64,000 nt of DNA from assembly GCA_051252135.1 (NCBI GenBank), contig JBPOGH010000011.1, forward strand, positions 96,500-160,499. Reading direction: 5' to 3'. The notes beneath the pieces were generated by a model. That model saw only the letters and a list, made by a program, of their open reading frames with translations. It was not told where the DNA came from and did not search any database. The translations under genes were made by a program, and so were the position numbers. Source of the DNA: Verrucomicrobiaceae bacterium (lineage in GTDB: Bacteria; Verrucomicrobiota; Verrucomicrobiia; Verrucomicrobiales; Akkermansiaceae). Below, in pieces: positions 1 through 10,145 of the stretch. The number at the start of each line of letters is the position of its first letter. Position 1 is the first letter of the stretch.

Positions 1-1364
1 CCCGTCGACTTCTCTTTCAGGTTTGCCATCTCTTCTTGCACCAGAGCCAGACGCTTCCCGGAAGCCTCATCACTCTCTTTCGCAAGCGCCTGACGCTCCA
101 TCTCAAGCTGCATCACCTGCCGCTCAAGCTGGTCGATCTCGGTCGGCATGGAGTCCAATTCGATCTTCATTCGTGACGCCGCCTCGTCCATCAAATCCAC
201 GGCCTTGTCCGGCAGGAAACGATCGGAAATGTAACGATCGCTCAAGGTCGCCGCCGCCACAATCGCACCATCCTGAATGCGCACCCCGTGGTGCACCTCA
301 TAGCGCTCCTTCAACCCACGAAGGATCGCAATCGTATCCTCCACGCTCGGCTCGCCCACTTTCACCGGCTGGAAACGTCGCTCCAGCGCCGCATCCTTCT
401 CAATATACTTCCGATACTCATCAAGCGTCGTCGCACCAATCGTCCGCAGCTCACCACGGGCCAGCTGGGGCTTCAAAAGGTTGGAAGCATCCACCGCTCC
501 CTCACTCGCACCGGCACCCACAATCGTATGCAGCTCGTCGATGAAGAGAATGATCTTCCCGTCCGAATCCGTCACTTCCTTCAGAAACGCTTTCAGACGA
601 TCCTCAAACTCACCACGGTACTTCGCTCCGGCAATCATGCTGCCCAGATCCACCGTGATCAGTCGCTTGTCCTTCATCGAGTCCGGCACGTCGCCACTCA
701 CAATCCGGCGCGCCAGACCTTCCACGATCGCCGTCTTACCCACCCCGGGCTCACCAATGAGCACCGGATTATTCTTCGTTCGGCGGGAAAGCACCTGCAA
801 GACCCGACGAATCTCTTCGTCGCGCCCGATCACCGGATCAATCTTCCCTTCCCGCGCCTTCGCCGTCAGGTCCTGACCGTATTTCTCAAGCGTCTGATAC
901 TTCCCTTCCGGGTCCTGATCAGTCACTTTCTGGCTTCCACGGATTTCCTTCAGCGCCTTCTCCACCGCATCTTCGGTAAGTCCGGACTCTTTAAAAATCT
1001 TCCCTGCAGGTGAATCGGATTTCAGCATTCCCAGCACCGCGTGCTCCACGCTGAGGTATTCATCTCCCATCGCTTCCCGCACCTTGTCGCCTTCATCAAG
1101 CACCGACCGCAGCCCGTAGCTGATCTGCGGCTGCGATCCCGCACCCTGCACCCGGGGTTCCTTCCCAAGCGCTCCCGCTACCGCCGCCTTCAGATTGGTC
1201 AGGTCAATTCCCGCCTTTTCAATCAGCGGACCCACAATCCCACCCTCCTGTTGCAGCAGGGCTAAAAGCAAGTGCGTGCTCCTCACTTCGGGGTGAGCCG
1301 ATCGAAGCGCCAGTTGTTGGGCACTCTGCAGCGCCTCCTGTAGTTTTGTCGTAATTTGATTCAT
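1..1364 (-). CDS. clpB: ATP-dependent chaperone ClpB, 5' part (runs off the left edge)
   Basis: Absent from the ORF track; hand translation from ATG at 1364 gives [19 protein letters not shown].., [36 protein letters not shown] (Walker A), [13 protein letters not shown] (Walker B) and [13 protein letters not shown] followed by a coiled-coil M-domain. Confidence 0.95.
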   Translation of the reverse strand, partial: MNQITTKLQEALQSAQQLALRSAHPEVRSTHLLLALLQQEGGIVGPLIEKAGIDLTNLKAAVAGALGKEPRVQGAGSQPQISYGLRSVLDEGDKVREAMGDEYLSVEHAVLGMLKSDSPAGKIFKESGLTEDAVEKALKEIRGSQKVTDQDPEGKYQTLEKYGQDLTAKAREGKIDPVIGRDEEIRRVLQVLSRRTKNNPVLIGEPGVGKTAIVEGLARRIVSGDVPDSMKDKRLITVDLGSMIAGAKYRGEFEDRLKAFLKEVTDSDGKIILFIDELHTIVGAGASEGAVDASNLLKPQLARGELRTIGATTLDEYRKYIEKDAALERRFQPVKVGEPSVEDTIAILRGLKERYEVHHGVRIQDGAIVAAATLSDRYISDRFLPDKAVDLMDEAASRMKIELDSMPTEIDQLERQVMQLEMERQALAKESDEASGKRLALVQEEMANLKEKST

Positions 1365-1458
1365 GTCTTTATTCTAGGTGAGAGACGAATCCTAGCAACT
1401 TTTTGTTCACTAAAATTTCACCATTATTTTGTAATCGCCACCATGCTATGAACCACCA

Positions 1459-2139
1459 ATGAAAACAGTCTGGTGGACCCTCGGAATTCTCGTCTCCTTC
1501 GCTCTGGGATGGCTCCTTCGCCCCGTCGAAAAACCCAACACCCTGGCCGAACTCTCCCAAATGACCGGCGACCGCCACCCCTTCGCCACCGTCATCCAAA
1601 GCACCTGCAACCGAAAAGTCATCCCCCTCAACCCCCAAAACCCCTCCCACCAACTCATCCGCGACGCCGTCCTTGATGCTTCCGACCAAGTCCGCCTCGC
1701 CATGAGCGAACCCAACTCCCCCGCCCACCAGAACCGCCGCATCAACGAAGCCTCCCGCAACTTCGAGGACGCCCTCCTCACAGCCCTCGATGCCCACCCC
1801 TCTCTCTCCTGCACCATTCCCACCAATGCCGATGGCGAACACCAACGCTCCGGTTACCCCGACCTCCGCATCGAAGACATCTCCTCCGGCACCATCGCCT
1901 ACCTCGACCCCAAGCTCTTCGAGGACAAGTCCATCGCCTCCTCCCTCCGCACCTTCTACTACGAGCCGAGCGATAACATCAAAGTCACCGAGGACGCCCT
2001 CCACCTTCTCATCGGCTTCCCTCACGACGGCGAATCAGGCAACTGGCAATTCCAGAAACCTCACCTCGTCGATCTCTCCACCCTCAGCGTAAAGCTCAAG
2101 GTCGAGTTCTCCGCCGCCAACCGCGACCTTTACCACTAA
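1459..2139 (+). CDS. Hypothetical protein with N-terminal TM/signal segment and PD-(D/E)xK nuclease-like motif
   Basis: 226 aa; hydrophobic N-terminus; RRINE..FE helix then GYPDLRIED..AYLDPK; C-ending codons typical of real + strand genes here. Confidence 0.7.
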   Translation: MKTVWWTLGILVSFALGWLLRPVEKPNTLAELSQMTGDRHPFATVIQSTCNRKVIPLNPQNPSHQLIRDAVLDASDQVRLAMSEPNSPAHQNRRINEASRNFEDALLTALDAHPSLSCTIPTNADGEHQRSGYPDLRIEDISSGTIAYLDPKLFEDKSIASSLRTFYYEPSDNIKVTEDALHLLIGFPHDGESGNWQFQKPHLVDLSTLSVKLKVEFSAANRDLYH

Positions 2140-4073
2140 CCGCGAAACGCCGACTTCAGCTCTCTCACGCTCGTCACCTTCAACGCAAGGACACCCAGGG
2201 CATAAACCACCGCTCCCATTCCAATCAGTAGCGTCATCGCAACCACCTTTTGCCACATCACCTCATCCATCCACGGAGCAAGCAAAGGACGCACCGCGAA
2301 GAGAACAACAGCCATCATCGCACTGGCACAAACCATTCCCCCGAGTCGGAGCCAATTCCTCTTCTCCAGATTCACAAAACCCCGCAGCCCAAACCAAAGC
2401 AGCGCCACATTCACCCACGCTGCCACTGATGTCGCAAATGCCAAACCGACATGCCCAAAGAACGGAAATAGGGCCAGGCTCACCAAAATATTCACCAGCA
2501 CCGTGATCCCCGCCATCCACATCGGAGACTTCGTATCCTCCCGCGCAAAATACCCCGGCTGCAATACCTTGATCAAAACGTAACCCGGCAACCCCACCGC
2601 GAAGGCAGCCAACGCCCGCCCCGTCTGCCTGGAATCCTCCGCCGTAAAGCCGTCCCGTTCAAACAAGAGCGACATGATCTCCTCCGGAATCACCATCAAC
2701 GCAATCGCCGCCGGCACCGTCACAATCATCGCGAGCTCCAGCCCCGTCACCATCGTCCGCGACGCCTTCCCTTCCTGACCCGATTTCAAAAGCCGCGTAA
2801 TCTCGGGCAAAAGAACCATCCCGAACGCAATCCCGATCATCCCCAGAGGCAATTGGTAAACCCGGTCCGAATAATACAAAAACGAAATCGCCCCCTGTTG
2901 AAACGACGCAATCACCCCGCTCACCAGAAGGTTAATCTGCTGAATCCCCGCCGCAATCACCCCCGGCCCCATCAGGACAAACAGCCGCTTCATTCCCGAA
3001 TCAAAAACCGGCTTCTGCAACGCAATCGGCAAGCCCGCCCTTCGGCATACCGCCCACAACACCACCAACTGAACCACCCCCGCCACCGCCACACACCACG
3101 CCAACACCTCTCCCTTCGCCGAAGAAAACTGCACCACCCCCAACAACCCGATCAAAAACACAATATTCAACAACACGGGCGAAAACGCCGGTGCCGCAAA
3201 CTTCTTCAAGGTCGTCAGCACGCCGCTCAAGTGCGCCACCAGCGCCATGCACAACAGATACACAAAGGTAATCTGCGAGAGCTTCACCGTCAGATCATAC
3301 GCCCCCGGATCATTCCGAAACACCTTGAACTCCCCCGCCCCGCTCACCGCCCCCGTCACCAAAGCATAATCATGCCCCTCCGGCAGCGGAATCCGCAGCA
3401 GCCCATCATCAAACTTCCACATTCCTTTCTCAAAAAACCGATTCCGAGCTTCCTCCGTCGTCTCCCCATCCTTTTTCTCCCCCTTCCGCTCCAGCCCGTC
3501 ATTCAACACAACCCGCAGCGATTTGCTCTCACCCACCGCCTGGGTGTCCCCGCCAAACAACTCTCGAAACACCTTCCCCGCCTCCGGACTCCCCCGCTCC
3601 GTCACCCTCAGATCATAAAGCCGAACCGCTTCAGGCGTCGCACTCTGGATGTAAATCGCCCGAGCACCCCGCAAACTCACCTGAAATTCCTGCCGCTGAT
3701 CCGTCAAATTCGTATCCACCTTCGCCAGAAATCCCGGCACCACCGCCAGCATCACAAAGCTCATCAACGGAATCAAAACGATCGTCATGATCCCCAGCAC
3801 CAGAAAGAGCACCGAAAAGGCGTTATTCGCAAAATTCAGCGCGGACGCCCTGCCGTCTTGCGCCACCCGCTTTCCAAAAAGAGGAACAAAGGCCGAGTTG
3901 AACGCACCCTCCCCAAAAATACGCCGAAACATATTCGGAAACCGAAAGGCCGCAAAAAACGCATCCGCCACCACCCCCGTCCCTAAAAACCTCGCGATCA
4001 GAATATCCCTCAAAAATCCCAAAACCCGGCTCATCAAGGTGAACCCGGAAACCGTCATCAGCGATCGCAACAT
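2136..4073 (-). CDS. murJ: Lipid II flippase MurJ (MviN) with a large internal insertion
   Basis: SRVLGFLRD, AFRFPNMFRRIFGEGAFNSAFVP, YYSDRVYQLPLG, FAREDTKSP; many TM segments. Start taken at ATG 4073 (ORF track starts at 4085). Confidence 0.93.
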   Translation of the reverse strand: MLRSLMTVSGFTLMSRVLGFLRDILIARFLGTGVVADAFFAAFRFPNMFRRIFGEGAFNSAFVPLFGKRVAQDGRASALNFANNAFSVLFLVLGIMTIVLIPLMSFVMLAVVPGFLAKVDTNLTDQRQEFQVSLRGARAIYIQSATPEAVRLYDLRVTERGSPEAGKVFRELFGGDTQAVGESKSLRVVLNDGLERKGEKKDGETTEEARNRFFEKGMWKFDDGLLRIPLPEGHDYALVTGAVSGAGEFKVFRNDPGAYDLTVKLSQITFVYLLCMALVAHLSGVLTTLKKFAAPAFSPVLLNIVFLIGLLGVVQFSSAKGEVLAWCVAVAGVVQLVVLWAVCRRAGLPIALQKPVFDSGMKRLFVLMGPGVIAAGIQQINLLVSGVIASFQQGAISFLYYSDRVYQLPLGMIGIAFGMVLLPEITRLLKSGQEGKASRTMVTGLELAMIVTVPAAIALMVIPEEIMSLLFERDGFTAEDSRQTGRALAAFAVGLPGYVLIKVLQPGYFAREDTKSPMWMAGITVLVNILVSLALFPFFGHVGLAFATSVAAWVNVALLWFGLRGFVNLEKRNWLRLGGMVCASAMMAVVLFAVRPLLAPWMDEVMWQKVVAMTLLIGMGAVVYALGVLALKVTSVRELKSAFRG

Positions 4074-4266
4074 CGGGCGGAACAATGTCTCCCCTCACTC
4101 GCAATCTCAAGCCCAACTAGTACCTCACACCGCTAAATCGCCCGGTTGTTTCCCCGGCCGTCCCTCACAAAGGCAACCCGCCTAGGCAGTGAATGACAAC
4201 GAAGCCCCCTCATCGCAATGATAACGGACGCCCGTCACTTCAAGTCAAACGCGGCATTACCCCCGC

Positions 4267-4761
4267 TTACCAAAACGGCCACCAATCACGACGCGCCTTC
4301 CGCTTATACGGCCCATCTCCCACACTAATCACCTCAACCCTCACCTGCGCAAGCCCCTGGTCCCTAAAGCCCAATTTCGAAGCCGCCCGGGGAGTCACAT
4401 CAATGATCCTGCCGGGAATAAAAGGCCCCCGGTCATTCACCCTCATCTTGAGCGTCTTCCCATTCTCCAAATTGGTCACCTTCACCCGACAGGGTATCGG
4501 CAGGGTTTTGTGAGCCGCGGAAATATCCCACGGCATCACCTTCTCACCCAACGAGGTGTCACCCCTCACCAGCCCGAAAAGCTTGCTCTCATTATACCAC
4601 GATCCAATTCCCTCATCGGAATAATCAAGCGCCGCCTCAACCGACATCGGCTGGTAATGAATACCTCGGATCGTGTAGCCCCTCGTCTGATAGCCCTCGT
4701 AACCCCCTCCACACGAAACGAGGAAGGCAAAAATCGGGAGAACTAACAAAAATCGTTTCAC
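4267..4761 (-). CDS. rlpA: RlpA-family septal ring lytic transglycosylase lipoprotein
   Basis: Lipobox LVSC; GIGSWY, SAAHKTLPIP, VNDRGPFIPGRIIDVT (DPBB domain); no SPOR domain. Confidence 0.9.
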   Translation of the reverse strand: MKRFLLVLPIFAFLVSCGGGYEGYQTRGYTIRGIHYQPMSVEAALDYSDEGIGSWYNESKLFGLVRGDTSLGEKVMPWDISAAHKTLPIPCRVKVTNLENGKTLKMRVNDRGPFIPGRIIDVTPRAASKLGFRDQGLAQVRVEVISVGDGPYKRKARRDWWPFW

Positions 4762-5078
4762 TATACTTCGCGGCTTTTCAGCTCGGGAAGAGTGCGGGCA
4801 ACTTTTTCCTTAAGCGCCTTCCCGACCTGGAACTTTACCACAGCCCGGTCCGGGATGGGAATCGTCTTATTCGGGTCTTTCGGGTTCCGCCCGGGCCGTC
4901 CCCTTGCAATCTTGGTCTCAAAGGTCCCAAAATCACGAACCACCACATTGTTCGCCTCCGCCAGCTCACGCGTCACGATCTCGAGGACCATGTGAAACAT
5001 CTTGGAAGACAAGGTCTGGGTGACCCCCAAACGGTCACTAACTTCTTGAATAATCTCTTTCTTTGTGAAATTTGCCAT
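4761..5078 (-). CDS. HU/IHF-family DNA-binding protein
   Basis: TKKEII, DFGTFETK, GRNPK, VVKFQVGKALKEKV. Confidence 0.92.
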   Translation of the reverse strand: MANFTKKEIIQEVSDRLGVTQTLSSKMFHMVLEIVTRELAEANNVVVRDFGTFETKIARGRPGRNPKDPNKTIPIPDRAVVKFQVGKALKEKVARTLPELKSREV

Positions 5079-5323
5079 CGGTCTCTAGGTGTGAGAAAAG
5101 CTCCCTTTCGAGAACCTTCGCCATTGTTAAAAGTTAGATCGCCGACGACAACTGCTTTTTGCAAATATATTTACGAATCCGGCTCATACTTCTGCCTAAA
5201 TCCAATAAGTTTATCAGAATGAACTTCTTAGAAACAAGGGAATCGGAAACGCCAATCCGGACAAAACTCCATAATCCAGCCTCCCGCATCCCACAAAAGG
5301 GTTACCCCTGCCAATAACACCCC

Positions 5324-6331
5324 ATGCTGAAACCACCAACAGTTGACGATCCACTCGAAAAGCCAGCCGATTTCCGCGTTCAGCTTCGCGAATGGTTCGT
5401 CCCGCAGGCCAAAGATCACCCGTGGAGACGAACCCGGGACCCATGGCTCGTCCTCATCTCGGAAATTATGCTTCAGCAAACCACTGTCGCCTCAGTCATT
5501 GCCAACCGTCGCTTCGAGCGTTTCACCGCCGAATTCCCTGATATTCACTCAATCGCCCACGCACCTGAAGAGCAGCTTCTCCGCGCCTGGGAAGGCCTCG
5601 GATACTACAACCGGGTTCGCAATCTCCAAAAAGCCGCCCGAGCCGTGATCGACAATCACGGAGGCCACTTCCCAAACGAGGCATCGACTCTCGAACAACT
5701 CCCCGGAATTGGAAAATATACCGCAGGCGCAGTTTCCTCGTTCTCCTTCGATCTCCCCGCACCAATTGTCGATGCCAACATCGCTCGCGTGCTCAGCCGC
5801 CTCTTTGATTTCCACGATCCTGTCAACTCCACCTCGGGACTCCGGCAACTCTGGCAATGGGCGGAACTGCTCTTGGATCGCCAACACCCAAGACTCCATA
5901 ATTCCGCGATAATGGAACTTGGCCAAACCTTTTGCTCCGCCAAAAAACCTTCCTGCATCAAGTGTCCCGTCGCCAGCTTCTGCAAAACAAGATGTCCGGA
6001 AGACCTACCCGTAAAATCCAAGGGACGCGAGACCCTGCAGGTCGATGAACACGCCATCTTCAACCTCAAAAAAGGACAACTTCTCCTCGCCCTGGAATCA
6101 GGGAGTCGCCGCAAGGGATTTTGGCGCCTTCCCCTTCGCACCCCGGAGGAGACTTCACACCTCACTCCCTTCTCCAAGCACCGATACACCATCACCAACC
6201 ATAGAGTCAGTTTATATCTTTATCAGATGGAAATCACACCTCGAAAAGATGAAGTATATCATGACATTGAAAACCTGAAATCACTTCCAATCGCCTCCCC
6301 GATACGTCGGGCAATTCAATCCGCAATCTAG
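5324..6331 (+). CDS. mutY: A/G-specific adenine glycosylase MutY
   Basis: SEIMLQQT, WEGLGYYNR, HhH LPGIGKYTAGA, VDAN, Fe-S motif CSAKKPSCIKCPVASFC. Confidence 0.92.
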   Translation: MLKPPTVDDPLEKPADFRVQLREWFVPQAKDHPWRRTRDPWLVLISEIMLQQTTVASVIANRRFERFTAEFPDIHSIAHAPEEQLLRAWEGLGYYNRVRNLQKAARAVIDNHGGHFPNEASTLEQLPGIGKYTAGAVSSFSFDLPAPIVDANIARVLSRLFDFHDPVNSTSGLRQLWQWAELLLDRQHPRLHNSAIMELGQTFCSAKKPSCIKCPVASFCKTRCPEDLPVKSKGRETLQVDEHAIFNLKKGQLLLALESGSRRKGFWRLPLRTPEETSHLTPFSKHRYTITNHRVSLYLYQMEITPRKDEVYHDIENLKSLPIASPIRRAIQSAI

Positions 6332-6341
6332 AATAACGAAT

Positions 6342-6926
6342 CTACATTCCATACTCGGGAATCAAACTTCGGGACACAATCTCCACCTCCGTTCCCAGCC
6401 GGGTCTTCGCAAAAATCATGGGCTGGGCCTTCTCATAGACCCGGATACAACCAAAGCTGCTTCGCGCCCGCTTGTTAAACTCTCCAATATGCATCCCTAC
6501 GCCATCCCATGTCAGGCGCATCCAGTAGGGCATCGATATCCCCTCATACACCGCCCCCTCGGGAATTGGCCCCTCGTGCTCCCACGCCTTCTTCACAAGC
6601 ACCCTGCCGGACTTTTCATCGACCAATTGTCCATACTGATTCGACCTTTTGCTCTCAAGGCGCTCCAATACCGGAAAATTTCCCACCGGCGTCTCGTGAC
6701 CGGGAACCCCCGTTGCCACATCGCTCTCAAGAACCGCCCTCCCCTCCCTGTCGAGCAACCACACCTTTTGATCCCATAAGGACACCTTCAATTTCGTCTC
6801 CTCAGGCGAAGTCACATCATAGGCTTTCCGATCCAACAAATAACCCGGCTTATTCCCGGGCATTGTCGAACAGGAAACCGTCATAAAAGACAGCAGAAGC
6901 AGAACGAAGCAATTGATCCCTGACAC
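6342..6926 (-). CDS. L,D-transpeptidase (YkuD) family lipoprotein
   Basis: Lipobox-like TVSC; VATGVPGHETPVG, MPYWMRL, GMH..SFGCIR catalytic region. Confidence 0.85.
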   Translation of the reverse strand: MSGINCFVLLLLSFMTVSCSTMPGNKPGYLLDRKAYDVTSPEETKLKVSLWDQKVWLLDREGRAVLESDVATGVPGHETPVGNFPVLERLESKRSNQYGQLVDEKSGRVLVKKAWEHEGPIPEGAVYEGISMPYWMRLTWDGVGMHIGEFNKRARSSFGCIRVYEKAQPMIFAKTRLGTEVEIVSRSLIPEYGM

Positions 6927-6991
6927 GCCTCCTCGGATACACCCTCATCTCACGGCGCGAAACGAAAAAACTCTTCTCCCCGGCGAGCCCT

Positions 6992-9334
6992 CTACTTTGG
7001 CGAAATAACCCACCGAATATAAGCATTCGGTAAATCCTGTACCGGAGCAACCGCCTTCAGGCGCCCCCCGTGGTCGGATACCACCACTCCGGTGTCCGTC
7101 CAATTGACCAGATCAGAAGACCATTCGGCCCGATAAGTCACTCCCGGTGCCATGGAATTGGCCGGAACAGCCACACAGAGATCACTTCCCACCTTCTCCA
7201 GCTCAAAGGATGCCGTTCCCTCGGACGCTTTGATCGGACTCGTCCCCAACGCATATTCATGGCCATTGCTAAGTCCATCGGAGTCAAAATCAGCACCAAA
7301 CTCTCCTACCGATGGGTAAACATAAGCTGACCAATAATCATAATCCCTCAGATTGGTTGATTCGATGACTTTCACCTCCTCGATCGGACTCCAGGCAAAA
7401 GCAAATCCGGCAATCTTCGGACGAATCCGGATATTGTAGGTTTCCCCCGGCAGTAAACCGCCACCCAAAACCTCCGGGTTGAAAGCAATCTGTTGGTGGG
7501 ACCCATCCAGTGTGTGAACCACCGATGCCACCGCCAACTCCGCATTCGCAAACGAAATATCATCAATAAAAACACCCATCGCATGCTCTTCATCCTGAAT
7601 CGTCTGGTTCCATCCGATCAAGGTGTTGACCTCCCAGGACTGGCGGAATCTCACCCTCAGGCTTGGAGATTCTGGCAGCGGCACCACCGCCTGAATAAAT
7701 TTGGAGTCGGGCGGCATCGACTCCAGATTTGTCGATAGACCGGACACCCTGAAGTCCGTTTTCTGCCAACTCACCCCTCCATCCACTGATATCTCTACAT
7801 CAAGGTGGGTCTTCGTCGTCATAAAGCCACGCCGATACTGGAACTTCAAGGTCGCCCCTTTATTCGTTGTCAGGTTGTGGTTGATTTCAAAACCGTGTGC
7901 CGTCGGAGTATTGTCCTTGAACGCCAGTCTGAATGACTTCTCGCCAAGGAAAAAATCGGAGTTCGGCCAGATCGACTTCGGAAACGAAAACGCCCCCACC
8001 AGATCAACACCATTCACCGATTGATCGATAATTGCGGGCGAATCGGATTCGGCATCCTCAACTTCCAGCTCCCCGGAACGCTGACTGATCTCAAAATCAT
8101 AACTATCCGCCCCCCTGACCGGCCCGAAGTAATAATTCGCCCCTTCCACCGGAGGATGTTCCGAACCCGTCAACTTCATCGGCTGAAGAACGTCCGGATT
8201 GATGATCGTCACGTGGTAGGTAAAACTCGTCGGACCTCCTCCCCCGATGTTCTGCACCGTCACTTTGTAAGTTTGATCCTCATCAACTTCATCGGGAAGC
8301 CCTGTCGGCATCCAGACCAAAGTGGAATCGGCATAATCTCCGGAACCCGGACCTGTTGCCGATTTTCCAATCGGCCCCTCCCCGTTCACGTTTGTAACCT
8401 GACCGGAAAGCGGGATCCCCTTGCTCTGCGAAACAATCGGCGCCGGAACGGTAGCCCCGTCCGGACCCGACATCGTCACTTTCGCTGCGGAAAAATCGGC
8501 CCCGGGATAACTCAAGGACCAAAGATCGGAAACGATTGGAGAGGGACAATAACCCGCGTTGGGCCATGCCACAAATTGAACCTGGCGGGGTAAGGTGAAA
8601 TCTCCCAACACATAAAGCGCATTCACTGCCGGCCTCGTTAAGAGCCCGTCCTCGACTTCAGGCGGGATATCTCCACTGGCCATCTTTGCCACCGCCGAAA
8701 AGAGAAGCCAGCGACGGTGACCCACGAACCTGTTGGCCAGTTCGTCCACCCCGTCACCGGGCTCATCCATGTATCCGTCAATCGCTCCGGGCCCCCAGAT
8801 GTGAACCGCCAGGTTTGAGTTCCTTGAGCCGTTCCAGGCCGTCGGACTAAAACATGAAAAATCATCGGGCAAATCGTGAGTGAGCTGAAATTCACTCGCA
8901 TTCTCAATATCAAACCCTTGGGAAGACAACGCCAGGGCAATCGCTCGCGTTGCCTGTGACTTCGTCGTCCCGGCCGGAGGGGTGTGGCGGTCATCCGCAT
9001 CCAAATAGACCTCCGCTGTCTCAAATGACGTGTTCCCGGGCAACCCGGCCATCGCCCGGTAATAGTTTACCCGACGTTGAATGTCTTTGGTGAACTCGGC
9101 CGGAGGTTCGGAGAGTGAACAATTCGCATAATCAATCGTCCCGCTCCACCGATTTTCATACCCTTCCGACGCTTTATAATAACGATGCCAGAACGCCACC
9201 ACATCATTTCGGGAGAAACGATCGACCACCAAACCGGTGGCATCTTCCGACGCAAAAACCGCAGACCCTGAAAAAAGGCCATGCAAAGCTAATGAGACGA
9301 GCGCACAGCGCTGCCCTCCGGAAGTCACAAACAT
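6992..9334 (-). CDS. Secreted CAP (SCP)-domain protein with beta-sandwich and C-terminal Verrucomicrobia-type domains
   Basis: RVNYYRAMAGL and GHRRWLL CAP motifs; DFDSDGLSNGHEYALGTSP and YRAEWSSDLVNW at the C-terminus. Confidence 0.75.
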   Translation of the reverse strand: MFVTSGGQRCALVSLALHGLFSGSAVFASEDATGLVVDRFSRNDVVAFWHRYYKASEGYENRWSGTIDYANCSLSEPPAEFTKDIQRRVNYYRAMAGLPGNTSFETAEVYLDADDRHTPPAGTTKSQATRAIALALSSQGFDIENASEFQLTHDLPDDFSCFSPTAWNGSRNSNLAVHIWGPGAIDGYMDEPGDGVDELANRFVGHRRWLLFSAVAKMASGDIPPEVEDGLLTRPAVNALYVLGDFTLPRQVQFVAWPNAGYCPSPIVSDLWSLSYPGADFSAAKVTMSGPDGATVPAPIVSQSKGIPLSGQVTNVNGEGPIGKSATGPGSGDYADSTLVWMPTGLPDEVDEDQTYKVTVQNIGGGGPTSFTYHVTIINPDVLQPMKLTGSEHPPVEGANYYFGPVRGADSYDFEISQRSGELEVEDAESDSPAIIDQSVNGVDLVGAFSFPKSIWPNSDFFLGEKSFRLAFKDNTPTAHGFEINHNLTTNKGATLKFQYRRGFMTTKTHLDVEISVDGGVSWQKTDFRVSGLSTNLESMPPDSKFIQAVVPLPESPSLRVRFRQSWEVNTLIGWNQTIQDEEHAMGVFIDDISFANAELAVASVVHTLDGSHQQIAFNPEVLGGGLLPGETYNIRIRPKIAGFAFAWSPIEEVKVIESTNLRDYDYWSAYVYPSVGEFGADFDSDGLSNGHEYALGTSPIKASEGTASFELEKVGSDLCVAVPANSMAPGVTYRAEWSSDLVNWTDTGVVVSDHGGRLKAVAPVQDLPNAYIRWVISPK

Positions 9335-9405
9335 GCACGATCAAACCACTTATTTTCCTACTAATCAAGAAAACTTTATTAATCCGAACCATCAACAGGA
9401 CTCAT

Positions 9406-10134
9406 CTATTTGGCAAATCTACAGATCACATTGCTCAATAGATAAAACACCGCGGTTTCAACTCTCAAAATAAGCCTCCCCAGCGAAACCGGATAAAACC
9501 CTGAAGCAAAAGCCGCTTCGTATTCTTCCGGCGAAAAATCCCCTTCCGGCCCAACCAAAAGGACAATGGAACCCACACCCCCCTCCCGATCCAATAAGGC
9601 TCTCAACGGCTCCGCTCCCTCCACTAAAGCACCGGCAATTTCCAAATCACCTTTATTTCGTGATTTTAACCAATCATCGAAAGCCCTTGGAGGCTCAACC
9701 TCCGGCACCCGGTTCTGCCCACACTGCTTACTGGCCTCCAGCGCCAATCGGTTCCATTTCTCCGCTTTCTTGGCGGCCTCTTTCACCTCAATCTTCACGT
9801 TCCCCTGCCGGGACATCAACGGGTGAATTTTCGCCACCCCAAGCTCCACCGCTTTCTGAACAATCAAATCGAAGGTCTTCCCTTTCGGAATGCCTACCGC
9901 CAATTCAATGGGAATCGAAGGAGGATCCACCGTCACTTCGGACACCGCCTCCAGTCCCACTTCATTTGCCGATATCGAACTAATCGTCGCCCGCACACTC
10001 CGCCCCGCACCATCAAACACCTCGATCTCTTCCCCCACCTGCTTGCGCATCACACGCCGACAGTGATGAGCCTCTTCGCCGACAAGCGAAAACGACTCAT
10101 CCCACGCATCAGGAGAAATCCAAAACCGGTCCAT
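9406..10134 (-). CDS. rsmE: 16S rRNA m3U1498 methyltransferase RsmE
   Basis: HHCRRVMR, QKAVELGV, EASKQCG, VGPEGDFS, LGRLILRVETA. Confidence 0.95.
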   Translation of the reverse strand: MDRFWISPDAWDESFSLVGEEAHHCRRVMRKQVGEEIEVFDGAGRSVRATISSISANEVGLEAVSEVTVDPPSIPIELAVGIPKGKTFDLIVQKAVELGVAKIHPLMSRQGNVKIEVKEAAKKAEKWNRLALEASKQCGQNRVPEVEPPRAFDDWLKSRNKGDLEIAGALVEGAEPLRALLDREGGVGSIVLLVGPEGDFSPEEYEAAFASGFYPVSLGRLILRVETAVFYLLSNVICRFAK

Positions 10135-10145
10135 TTCCGGACACC

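Noticed and set aside
1365..1458. Possible CIRCE operator upstream of clpB (CTAGCAACT..CACTAA)
   Set aside because: Does not fit TTAGCACTC-N9-GAGTGCTAA in sequence or spacing.
4086..4266. Riboswitch-like fragments (GGCAACCCGCCTAGGCA and small hairpins) between rlpA and murJ
   Set aside because: Only partial likeness to ZTP or c-di-GMP motifs, core elements missing, and on the strand opposite to the flanking genes; needs Infernal.
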